Positions 16,001 through 24,259 of a stretch of 38,482 bases of DNA are shown in pieces. Made by a program: the position numbers and the translations under genes. A model generated the notes under the pieces. It searched no databases. It was not told the DNA's origin and saw only the letters and a list, made by a program, of their open reading frames with translations. Position 1 is the stretch's first letter. Each line of letters begins with the position of its first letter. Source of the stretch: a virus (lineage: Duplodnaviria > Caudoviricetes); the IMG/VR virus record IMGVR_UViG_3300024180_000013, positions 1-38,482 of that record; one strand, 5' to 3'.

Positions 16001-16759
16001 TTATTTGTATTTTGATTTTTTACCATATTTTTCTAATTCCATCGGAACAGCTATTGCTTGTTTTCCACCGATTACAACACCGCAACCAATAGCGGGCTTT
16101 TTCCCAGCTTTAGCGTAGTTAAAAGCGTATGCTTCGTGGTCTATGCCGCAACCAACTTGGAGTCCGAAAATACGCCTATTACGACCTACAAAATACTCTA
16201 CATATAGTTGAGTATGCAAATGACCTTGGACAACACTTTGCAAATCTGCTTTTGCTTTTGTTCTAGCCGTTCCAGCTTCACCATGTATGTATAAAACATC
16301 ATCAATAACTAACTCGGTTTGAAAAGTCCATTTTGGAACTTCTAGGACTTGGTTATATTCTTTTATCCATTTTCGAGGTACTCCACCCGTTTGGGCTTTT
16401 CTCATAACCATTCGACTGTGATTACCAATTATTACATCTACGTTAGGAAACACTTTGTAATATCTCTGTAGTCGCTCTATTGCCAGTTCTAATTCATGAC
16501 CAGCACCATAACCATCCGCATCACTTTCATGATATGATGCAGCACAATTATCTATTTCATCACCAATATGAATAACTCTATTGCAATTATAATTATTGTA
16601 TGTATCAACTAAAAAATCTAGGTAAGTATCTAAATCAAAAGGGCAATGTGTATCACCGATTACTAATACCCTACTTTCTTCATTAGTCCACTTTTCATAC
16701 ATTTCCTTTCTTTGACCGTTGAGTCGAGGTCTAAAATCTTTTTTCTTTTTCTTTTTCAT
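16001..16759 (-). CDS. Calcineurin-like metallophosphoesterase
   Basis: VLVIGDTH, HIGDEID, IGNH, YIHG, QGHLH. Confidence 0.92.
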   Translation of the reverse strand: MKKKKKKDFRPRLNGQRKEMYEKWTNEESRVLVIGDTHCPFDLDTYLDFLVDTYNNYNCNRVIHIGDEIDNCAASYHESDADGYGAGHELELAIERLQRYYKVFPNVDVIIGNHSRMVMRKAQTGGVPRKWIKEYNQVLEVPKWTFQTELVIDDVLYIHGEAGTARTKAKADLQSVVQGHLHTQLYVEYFVGRNRRIFGLQVGCGIDHEAYAFNYAKAGKKPAIGCGVVIGGKQAIAVPMELEKYGKKSKYK

Positions 16760-16791
16760 TTCCTTGAATTAAAATTGTTAAAAAAATTGTT

Positions 16792-16917
16792 AAAAAAATG
16801 CCGACTAAAATTTTTCATCTAGTCGGCTACTATATTACTCTCACTTAAAAAAAACCATGTTGATGTTTTAAAAAAGCTAGGCGGTCACCCCAAATCAAAA
16901 AAACTAACAACCGCCTA
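16792..16917 (-). terminator. Two tandem terminators closing the structural/membrane operon
   Basis: TAGGCGGT..ACCGCCTA+T6 (16870-16917) and GCCGACTA..TAGTCGGC+T7 (16792-16827). Confidence 0.7.
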
Positions 16918-16956
16918 ACATTAACAATTAAAACAATAAAAATAAAAAACAATAAA

Positions 16957-17412
16957 TTAACCAATCTCCTTTTTTGGTTTTAAGGTTTGAAAAATCACGT
17001 GTACTAAGGTTGCTGCTCCATATATAATTACACTTGCTGCCGCCCAATCTGTACTATCAAAATCAATTCCACTCTCTAATATTTCATAACCCAGTCCTAT
17101 TAACAACGAAATTAAAAACGCTATTGTTTTACTTCCTCCGTTTGTCGCTTTCACCTTTTCAAGTAACTTGCTATATTTAGCTTTGTTAACTGAAAATTGA
17201 GTAATAAAAGGTAACAAAGTTGTAAAGATTAACATAATCCAACCCGCTGTATCATTAGGCTTTTCACCTTTTTTAATTAAGTCCAAAACTGGACTCAAAT
17301 CATTTGCAATTTCGTTTGTTACTTCAATAATTACATCCTCTGATGTTAATGTATCTTGTCCGATAACTGCTGTACTTAGTACCAAAGATAATAATAATAA
17401 TTTAAATTTCAT
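16957..17412 (-). CDS. Membrane protein (signal peptide + about 3 TM), holin-like candidate
   Basis: MKFKLLLLSLVLSTAVIG|Q; three hydrophobic segments; basic tail. Confidence 0.55.
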   Translation of the reverse strand: MKFKLLLLSLVLSTAVIGQDTLTSEDVIIEVTNEIANDLSPVLDLIKKGEKPNDTAGWIMLIFTTLLPFITQFSVNKAKYSKLLEKVKATNGGSKTIAFLISLLIGLGYEILESGIDFDSTDWAAASVIIYGAATLVHVIFQTLKPKKEIG

Positions 17413-17417
17413 AATAT

Positions 17418-17537
17418 TTACTTATTTATTTTTGAAAAAACTTTAATTTTCTTTTTTATTTCAACTTTCTTCTTTTCCGTTTCGTTTAGAATGTCGTTTA
17501 TTTCTTGTATTAGTTTTAAACAGGCTTTAGTATCCAT
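17418..17537 (-). CDS. Small 39-aa basic peptide (not in track)
   Basis: MDTKACLKLIQEINDILNETEKKKVEIKKKIKVFSKINK; fills the intergenic gap exactly. Confidence 0.5.
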   Translation of the reverse strand: MDTKACLKLIQEINDILNETEKKKVEIKKKIKVFSKINK

Positions 17538-17540
17538 TTT

Positions 17541-17891
17541 TTACTTTTTTAATAGTTCGGCTTCAACAGATGCAAAGCACCCTGGGCATTGAATTTTGAA
17601 TAAGTCAATCAATATTTGTTTTTCTGCGTTGCTTTCAGCTTGCTTAACTTCGTTCTGTACTTGTTTAATTATCTTAACCCTCAATTCTTCTAATTCTTCG
17701 TATAACATAGTCGTAGAAACTTTGTTAACTTCTTCCATTTTTTGCCTATGTTCTCGTTCGTCTGCTTCTCTCATGTAGTTGTATTCCATACTTTTCATCT
17801 TTTTAGTAAACATATTTTTTACAATTAAAAATATTATTCCATTTGATGCAAAAAGCATTGTGATAGCTGCTGTTGTAAAATCCCCATTCAT
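17541..17891 (-). CDS. N-terminal TM + coiled-coil protein (holin/lysis-accessory-like)
   Basis: AAITMLFASNGIIFLIV followed by a coiled coil and CPGC. Confidence 0.5.
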   Translation of the reverse strand: MNGDFTTAAITMLFASNGIIFLIVKNMFTKKMKSMEYNYMREADEREHRQKMEEVNKVSTTMLYEELEELRVKIIKQVQNEVKQAESNAEKQILIDLFKIQCPGCFASVEAELLKK

Positions 17892-18277
17892 TTAAAAGTT
17901 TTATTTGTGCGTGTGTTAAAAATATACGTAAAAAATACATGAAAAAAACAAGGGTAAACAATAAATCTAAGTATGATAAAATCATAAATTAAATTACTCG
18001 TTATAGGATTGAAAAATAAAATACTTAGTATTATTGCCGTCCATTGTAAGGATTGGAAAAGATGCCAGGCGTCTGTAAAACCTACTAACCAAGTAGAGGA
18101 CATGAAAAACGCTTCCCCTTCCTTTTTATTCCCGTTCTTCCATTTTGTCCTCCAGCTTTCTTTAGGATTCCAAAACAACCCCAGTTTACGAAAAACACAG
18201 GTTGAAAAATGAAATTGTATTTTGTCGCAAACCGCCTTAAAAATTGCGGCTAAAATTATTAAAATTATTGTTGTCAT
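17888..18277 (-). CDS. Membrane protein, unknown function
   Basis: About 3 TM segments; FWNPKESW..KW and FTDAWHLF motifs. Confidence 0.65.
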   Translation of the reverse strand: MTTIILIILAAIFKAVCDKIQFHFSTCVFRKLGLFWNPKESWRTKWKNGNKKEGEAFFMSSTWLVGFTDAWHLFQSLQWTAIILSILFFNPITSNLIYDFIILRFIVYPCFFHVFFTYIFNTRTNKTFK

Positions 18278-18323
18278 AGCAATACTATAAAAGCAAAATT
18301 ATTTATTTTTAAATATTTCAATT

Positions 18324-20942
18324 TTATTCGTTTAAAAAGTTTAGATAAATAGGCAAATCAATAAAAGGGATGTCAACATTATCCGAATCAGATGCTAAAT
18401 TATTTGAAATAGTAGAATTTATCCCCCCAGAATAATCTGGGTGAATTAAAACACTAGGGTCACCACAGACACCATAATTATTAACAATAAAAAGTTCGTC
18501 ATTATCACCTCCCCCTATTGGAAACCTTGTTGCCGATGCGTTTGTAGTGTACATTCCGTTACCCATAATAGTAGTAATTCCTTTGTTTGTATTCGATGTA
18601 ATATGAAGTGTTAAAGGTCTACCTATTCCCCCATTTTGGTCTGTAATTAATGTATTGTTAATAAGTGAATTGCCTTTTGCTGCTTTTATACAAGTTGCTA
18701 TTGTTTCATCGGTACAGTTTGGGTCATCAATAGACTCTATTTGATTCCCGAAAAATATAATTTTATGAGGTGTCCCCCCTTCTAAACTGTTATTATACGT
18801 ATTTATGCCAATTTGAAACCCTTTGATTATATTTCCCGAAAAAGTCAAATTATCACAGCCAGCCGTTGCGATTGCTTGATATGCGTTGTTGCCTTGTAAT
18901 TCAGTTGTAAAAATCTGATTGTCTTTAAAAATAACTTCAGCAGATGAACGCATTAAAATTAAAGAATGGTCTAAAATGTTAGTTTGCCCAGATATTTGCC
19001 TATCCGCAAAAACAAAATTAGTATCTGCAAAAATTAAATTTCCTGAAAATTCACCACCATACATTGACTGTATAAATATAATTCCGTTTTTAATTGTATT
19101 TTCTTTAAATGTAAACCTATAAATCCCCCTACCTGCTGAGTAAGTCGTACCCCTTATATCTATATTCCCAGAATCAATAAATTTATTACCAACGATTTCA
19201 ATATCTGAACTGTAAGCCGTACCTGTGATTGTATTAAATTCTAAACAGTTTGTTAATTGTGTATTTGCATTATAAACTTGATTATCTTTTATTGATAGTT
19301 TCCAGTCATCAAAAGAAAAAGGACCTACAAACCCACCCCCGCTATCTCTTAATTTATTGTTATTTATATTTATATCGTAGACATAAGATGAGTACTCAAT
19401 AAAGTTTTGATTGTGTATAGCATCTAAAACGTGCAACCCCATTTCCCTCCCTTCGTTGTTTTCTATTGTGAAAGATGTTCTTTCATTTAGTGTTGTAATT
19501 TCACCGCTTGAAATATGTAATAAACTACCACTTGCTGAACTGTCAACCTTACAGAATCCAATATATCCACTTGGGGCAAAAACATTTGAAACCGTATTAT
19601 TAAAATGGCAATTTGTAATGTTAACAGGTTTATTGCTTCTAATCATTGCTCCTAATTCCCAGCCATAATTTGCCCCGTTATTATTCAAATTTCCTTCAAA
19701 AACAATTCCGTCCAATATTAAAGGAGATGTTTGTGCTTGAATTGCATCACTAGAAACAAAAACTAAATCGCTCGCATCTATTGAGCCGACATTATATTCG
19801 AATGTAATTACATTACCAACAACATTTGTAACTTTTGCAGTTTTCGCACCTGACGAGAAAGCAATTAAATCATTATTCGATGTGCCCGAACTATTAGCAA
19901 TCCCAACTTTCGCTCCAATATAAAATTCGCTTCCATCTGTTACCGTAATACTAGTGACTGCATTATATGAAGCATTCGGAAAAGAAGATATTTGGTCAGG
20001 TGTTGCAATCGTATCATTTGAAGAAATTAAATTTTTACCCCCGACATCTATAACCTTATCATAAAAATATTTCGTGTTTGGGGTCATAATTATATTTCCT
20101 CCTACTGGCGTTAACTCGCTAATATTTTGCAATGCGTCCCAATTATCTTTTGCAACTCCAACCGTTCCAAGTCCATACTCTACAACATCAATTTCGACCC
20201 AACTATCATAATAATTTTTTCCATCAATTAACCTTTCCCATTTCACTCCATTTGTTGATTCAATAATCGTAATTCTGTTATGAGTACCGTTTTGGGTTCG
20301 ATAAAATAAACCTTTTCCCGTTCCTGTAATTAATACTACTTTTGATGTTCCAACATATGAAATTAACTCATTATAATTATTTAAAGTGTCAATCCCCACC
20401 CCTAGTATTTGTGTCAAATCATACTTTGTCGCAATCTCACTAATTGTATCAACTGAACTTCCTGTTAAATTAGATAAATCTGTTTTAGTAGCTATTAAAT
20501 TAGTTGTATCTAATGTTAATTCATTGCCTAATGTACCATTCCCTGTTATAGTTGTACCATCTGTAATAATAGATTTATCAAAAGTATCTAAATCATATTT
20601 AGTAGCAATTTCTAAAACCGTATCAATACTAATATTAGATAAATCGTATTTTGTCGCAATCTCATTAAGTGTATCAACGCTTACATTTTGAAGGTCGTAC
20701 TTAGTAGCCAACATTGCAACCGTATCAATGATAATTTGCTCAACCCCAGCATCTGTTTTTTCGTACCAATTTCCGTCAGCTTTTCGATAAGGTGCTGAAA
20801 TATAACCCGCTCTAGGTGTTGCCGCTTCTACGTTTAAAATCTTTTGTTCGTCTACGTAAGTTTTCTTTTTAATTGGCGCTGTTTGTGCATTGATTGAACC
20901 AATAAAGAAAAAGAAAGATAAAAATAAAAATAACTTATTCAT
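18324..20942 (-). CDS. Right-handed beta-helix spike/depolymerase-like protein with signal peptide
   Basis: Asn/Ile ladders (IENNEG, ININNNKL, IKDNQV, IVGNKF, FSGNII); DT..EIATKYDL repeats; signal MNKLFLFLSFFFFIGSINA|Q. Confidence 0.75.
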   Translation of the reverse strand: MNKLFLFLSFFFFIGSINAQTAPIKKKTYVDEQKILNVEAATPRAGYISAPYRKADGNWYEKTDAGVEQIIIDTVAMLATKYDLQNVSVDTLNEIATKYDLSNISIDTVLEIATKYDLDTFDKSIITDGTTITGNGTLGNELTLDTTNLIATKTDLSNLTGSSVDTISEIATKYDLTQILGVGIDTLNNYNELISYVGTSKVVLITGTGKGLFYRTQNGTHNRITIIESTNGVKWERLIDGKNYYDSWVEIDVVEYGLGTVGVAKDNWDALQNISELTPVGGNIIMTPNTKYFYDKVIDVGGKNLISSNDTIATPDQISSFPNASYNAVTSITVTDGSEFYIGAKVGIANSSGTSNNDLIAFSSGAKTAKVTNVVGNVITFEYNVGSIDASDLVFVSSDAIQAQTSPLILDGIVFEGNLNNNGANYGWELGAMIRSNKPVNITNCHFNNTVSNVFAPSGYIGFCKVDSSASGSLLHISSGEITTLNERTSFTIENNEGREMGLHVLDAIHNQNFIEYSSYVYDININNNKLRDSGGGFVGPFSFDDWKLSIKDNQVYNANTQLTNCLEFNTITGTAYSSDIEIVGNKFIDSGNIDIRGTTYSAGRGIYRFTFKENTIKNGIIFIQSMYGGEFSGNLIFADTNFVFADRQISGQTNILDHSLILMRSSAEVIFKDNQIFTTELQGNNAYQAIATAGCDNLTFSGNIIKGFQIGINTYNNSLEGGTPHKIIFFGNQIESIDDPNCTDETIATCIKAAKGNSLINNTLITDQNGGIGRPLTLHITSNTNKGITTIMGNGMYTTNASATRFPIGGGDNDELFIVNNYGVCGDPSVLIHPDYSGGINSTISNNLASDSDNVDIPFIDLPIYLNFLNE
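20385..20730 (-). repeat. About five ~17-aa repeats DTxxxIATKYDL
   Basis: DTVAMLATKYDL, DTLNEIATKYDL, DTVLEIATKYDL, DTTNLIATKTDL, DTISEIATKYDL. Confidence 0.9.
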
Positions 20943-20952
20943 TGTTTTTTGT

Positions 20953-21348
20953 TTAAGATTGTCCATAAAAATAAATATCAAAACTCGCTATGTCATCCGT
21001 TGCGGTGATTTCTATTGCTGTATTATTAACGTTTTGTGCTACGTGTTGCAATGAAATAAAATTACCGTCAGCGTCCTTAAATGACCATGCAAAAACCGTA
21101 GATAATCCCGCTGAGGTGAAAGTCTGAGGAACAAAAGCCGTCAAGGATTGACCTAACAGACTTCCACCCGCAAGGAATGTATTTTCGCTTAAATATTGTT
21201 TAATTTTGTCTAATGCAAGAAAGTTGTTTTGTTCGTCTACAATTTCACAAGGTTTTTGAACAATTGTTTGACTTATTATTTCCGCTTGTGTTACTCCGCT
21301 TACGTCCACGTTTTCAGGACAAGTGCATAGGTGATTATTATTTGCCAT
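20953..21348 (-). CDS. Putative virion protein
   Basis: In the structural operon; beta-rich C-terminus. Confidence 0.55.
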   Translation of the reverse strand: MANNNHLCTCPENVDVSGVTQAEIISQTIVQKPCEIVDEQNNFLALDKIKQYLSENTFLAGGSLLGQSLTAFVPQTFTSAGLSTVFAWSFKDADGNFISLQHVAQNVNNTAIEITATDDIASFDIYFYGQS

Positions 21349-21350
21349 AT

Positions 21351-21692
21351 TTATTTGTAAATTACTTTTCCACTCGAAATGTTAATCGCATGAGTGAAAA
21401 TTTTGGTTGTGAAATAAAAAGTATCATATTCAATTGTTGACTCTGTAAATGTGAATAGTGAACCGTCAGGTTTTGTAATTTGCATTAATACGGTCGAATC
21501 TTCATTGAAAATATTGGTAACAGAAAAACCGCTACCATTGACCGCTAAATTGTAATTTGTGAAATTATTACCTTTATTTTCGTAGTTCATTAGATGCGTT
21601 CCATCTGTATCCGCTAAAATTGGAAAAGTAATATCCCCTTTATGGGAATAGCACCCTAAATCATACGCACCTTTTATGTTAAAGTCGCTCAT
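21351..21692 (-). CDS. Putative virion protein
   Basis: In the structural operon; beta-rich (FNED...ITKPDGS). Confidence 0.55.
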   Translation of the reverse strand: MSDFNIKGAYDLGCYSHKGDITFPILADTDGTHLMNYENKGNNFTNYNLAVNGSGFSVTNIFNEDSTVLMQITKPDGSLFTFTESTIEYDTFYFTTKIFTHAINISSGKVIYK

Positions 21693-21693
21693 T

Positions 21694-22116
21694 TTAGTTT
21701 GATTTTAATTCAATTAGAAAAAATACAATTAGATTTTGAACAAATACAAAAGCCACCGAAAAGGCAAACCCTAAATTTAAAAAGTAAATGAAACCAATTG
21801 CGTAAAAAAGTCCTATATAAAAACTCATGCAAGTTTTACAAATAAAAGGATTAATTAACTTTGTGTGGTATGCTATTTCCCAAAATTTAACTTCGTACGC
21901 TTGCGCTCGTTCAAAATATTGCGGTGATTCGTAGTTGTCAATATTCTCTAGTTCTTCAATATTAAACTCGATTCCTTTTTTCTTTGATATATATTGCGCT
22001 ACTCCTATCCTTATCCAGTCCAATATTTCGCCCCTGTTCATATAGGAATCCAACATAAAAACCGTTAAGTAAGTTAAGACAATACTAATTGTAAAATATA
22101 TTATAACCATTAGCAA
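21694..22116 (-). CDS. Membrane protein with CxxC (DUF1360-like)
   Basis: Three TM segments; PFICKTCMSFYIG. Confidence 0.55.
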   Translation of the reverse strand: MLMVIIYFTISIVLTYLTVFMLDSYMNRGEILDWIRIGVAQYISKKKGIEFNIEELENIDNYESPQYFERAQAYEVKFWEIAYHTKLINPFICKTCMSFYIGLFYAIGFIYFLNLGFAFSVAFVFVQNLIVFFLIELKSN

Positions 22117-22592
22117 AAATATTGTTTTGTTTCTTCATCAATACACGAAATCAAATTAGACAAATTAGTTTCTTTTGAGTAATCGCATGAATATGAATAT
22201 AAATTAAAATTATCGTTTTTCAATTCTTTTCCCGTTTCTCTCAAATATATGCTTTCCGTTATATCGTCACAACTCTCAACCGTAACACCAGCAATTTTGT
22301 TGATTCGGTGCATCATCATAATATCAAAGTTATCAACATCTTTTGCAATTGAAAAAACAAGTTTAAAACTAAAATTAATACTCAACCTTTTAGGGTCTGA
22401 GTAACTAAAAATATAAGGGTCTGCTGCACCGTCCTCACTCTCAACACGCAAATAAAAATAATTCATATATCTATCTGTGATACCCAAAAAACCGCCTTGG
22501 TTCTTTAGGTCGTATATGAAACCAGTATCTTTAAATATTGTAGTTTGCTCTTTTACTTTGTCAACTACTTTTTGAGCGTGGTTCTTAAACAT
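22110..22592 (-). CDS. Putative neck/tail-completion protein
   Basis: Size and position only. Confidence 0.45.
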   Translation of the reverse strand: MFKNHAQKVVDKVKEQTTIFKDTGFIYDLKNQGGFLGITDRYMNYFYLRVESEDGAADPYIFSYSDPKRLSINFSFKLVFSIAKDVDNFDIMMMHRINKIAGVTVESCDDITESIYLRETGKELKNDNFNLYSYSCDYSKETNLSNLISCIDEETKQYFC

Positions 22593-23023
22593 TGTTCTAT
22601 TGAATTTATAAGTTGTTCATTAATTTCCTTTATCTCATCATCTGTAGGACTAAATATTTTTTTGTTTGTTTGTGATTCTTGATGCTCACCTATTATTCTA
22701 TCTCTATCGGTAGCAAATCCAAAGACAAAATCTTTTTTATTTGTTCCTACGGTTAGACTTCGCCTTAAATCTCCATCCAATTCTAAATCTTTGTAACCCG
22801 TTTGGCGTCTTCTCGACTTCCTATATTTTTTGTAACTAGCACTATTGTATTTGCCTATTAATTTATTGTCCGATGCTTTACCCTCATTAAAAATACGTAA
22901 TGAAATTGACCCCTCGGCTAATTTCAAAGCTGGGAATTGTATTTCCTTTAACTTTTCACCGCTTAAAATATCAGCGGCACTATTAAGTATTTCCTCAAAG
23001 CCTTGAAGGCTAATATCTGCCAT
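22565..23023 (-). CDS. Putative virion morphogenesis/neck protein
   Basis: RIFNEG...Y...YKKYR...RQT...DL.LDGDLRRS...IFSPTDDE pattern. Confidence 0.6.
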   Translation of the reverse strand: MADISLQGFEEILNSAADILSGEKLKEIQFPALKLAEGSISLRIFNEGKASDNKLIGKYNSASYKKYRKSRRRQTGYKDLELDGDLRRSLTVGTNKKDFVFGFATDRDRIIGEHQESQTNKKIFSPTDDEIKEINEQLINSIEQCLRTTLKK

Positions 23024-23118
23024 TATTTTAATTTAATTACGCTTGTTTTTTGTAGCTTTGTTGAACTAGGTTTCACGACCGTTTTTTTTATTTTCTTTTT
23101 TTTTGAGCAGCTGCACAT
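23023..23118 (-). CDS. 31-aa Cys/Lys-rich peptide (not in track)
   Basis: MCSCSKKKKIKKTVVKPSSTKLQKTSVIKLK; first ORF after a promoter; TAATG-coupled to the next gene. Confidence 0.6.
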   Translation of the reverse strand: MCSCSKKKKIKKTVVKPSSTKLQKTSVIKLK

Positions 23119-23149
23119 ATTTATATAATTTTATAATTTACCAATCAAT

Positions 23150-23180
23150 CAATATAACCTTTTTTTCTCACAATTCCAAA
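23150..23180 (-). promoter_or_regulatory. Phage promoter-like motif
   Basis: TTTGGAATTGTGAGAAAAAAAGGTTATATTG; 29/31 identical to 35950-35980. Confidence 0.8.
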
Positions 23181-23184
23181 TATA

Positions 23185-24213
23185 TTAAGGTATAGATTCA
23201 AAGTATTTTATATGATGATTGCAGCTTGTGCATTGACCACCAAAGTTTTCCAAATACGTTTTAGCTTTCCTCACAACGGCTTCCAATAAACGCCCGTATT
23301 CGCTCTTCTCTTCAAAGCCAGTAATAACATTAACACCACCGTTAAACTTCGTTAAAAGCGTCTGAGCGTCTTCCTTTCCGTTTCGTACCAACGGGTTTAC
23401 ACCGTCTGAAACGAGAACCTCTTCCATCACTTTACTCGCTATTTTCATCCGAACTGCAAACTTTAGTTCTTGCGAAAATTCACTAATTAAATCAAAATCA
23501 TCGCACAACGTGGATACATTATATTGAATGAAATTGTTTGCTACAAAAACCTTAGTTCCTTCTACTTCCTCAAGATAAGGTTTTGCGTAATAATCACCGC
23601 AAGCGTGAGAACAATTAGAACAAATATCAGAACAACTACATCCTTTTAGCGTTTCATTTGCTAAGTTAAAACAGTTGGTTGTATATACATATATATAATC
23701 CTCATTGCTTTCAACATCAATCAAAATGCGATTTAAACCAGCTTTTACATTGGCTTTTATTTCGTCAGTTCCCGCTAGTGTTTCAACAAAAAAACTACAA
23801 TCGTCAACCGCTATATCCGAGTTAAATTCAATATTGCGAACCTTTAGTTTTTGCGTTTGGTCTTGTGTTATTTTTTCAAACAAACAACCCCTTTTTATGT
23901 CTTTGTTAACCTCGCCAAAAACACTACCAATCTGCCCTATTTTACGTTTGCCGATAGTATAATTAAAATTAAACGATTCACTCAAAGCACCCGTAAAGTC
24001 GCTTAAAACGTCTAAAATCGCCTCATCGTGTAAGATTTTAAACAAGTCCTCCCCTCTGTGTGTTTCGTTGCTCGCTAGACTAGAAAACCGCTTTAAATTC
24101 ATCCCCGCAAGGTCATTAATGTATAAACCGCTTGAAGGTGTTTTGTGGTTTGCTGAATAACGTAATCCAATAAAACAATCCTTGTCTTTGTTGAAAATAT
24201 TTATGTTTGTCAT
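23185..24213 (-). CDS. Cys-rich putative head-tail adaptor/virion protein
   Basis: Position after the capsid module; PSSGLYINDLAG; CSCSDICSNC, CTSC. Confidence 0.55.
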   Translation of the reverse strand: MTNINIFNKDKDCFIGLRYSANHKTPSSGLYINDLAGMNLKRFSSLASNETHRGEDLFKILHDEAILDVLSDFTGALSESFNFNYTIGKRKIGQIGSVFGEVNKDIKRGCLFEKITQDQTQKLKVRNIEFNSDIAVDDCSFFVETLAGTDEIKANVKAGLNRILIDVESNEDYIYVYTTNCFNLANETLKGCSCSDICSNCSHACGDYYAKPYLEEVEGTKVFVANNFIQYNVSTLCDDFDLISEFSQELKFAVRMKIASKVMEEVLVSDGVNPLVRNGKEDAQTLLTKFNGGVNVITGFEEKSEYGRLLEAVVRKAKTYLENFGGQCTSCNHHIKYFESIP

Positions 24214-24224
24214 ATATTATTTTT

Positions 24225-24254
24225 AAAAAAGGGGCGCAATAAAACACCCCTTTT
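24225..24254 (-). terminator. Intrinsic terminator
   Basis: AAAAGGGGTG-N8-CGCCCCTTTTTT. Confidence 0.75.
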
Positions 24255-24259
24255 ATTGT

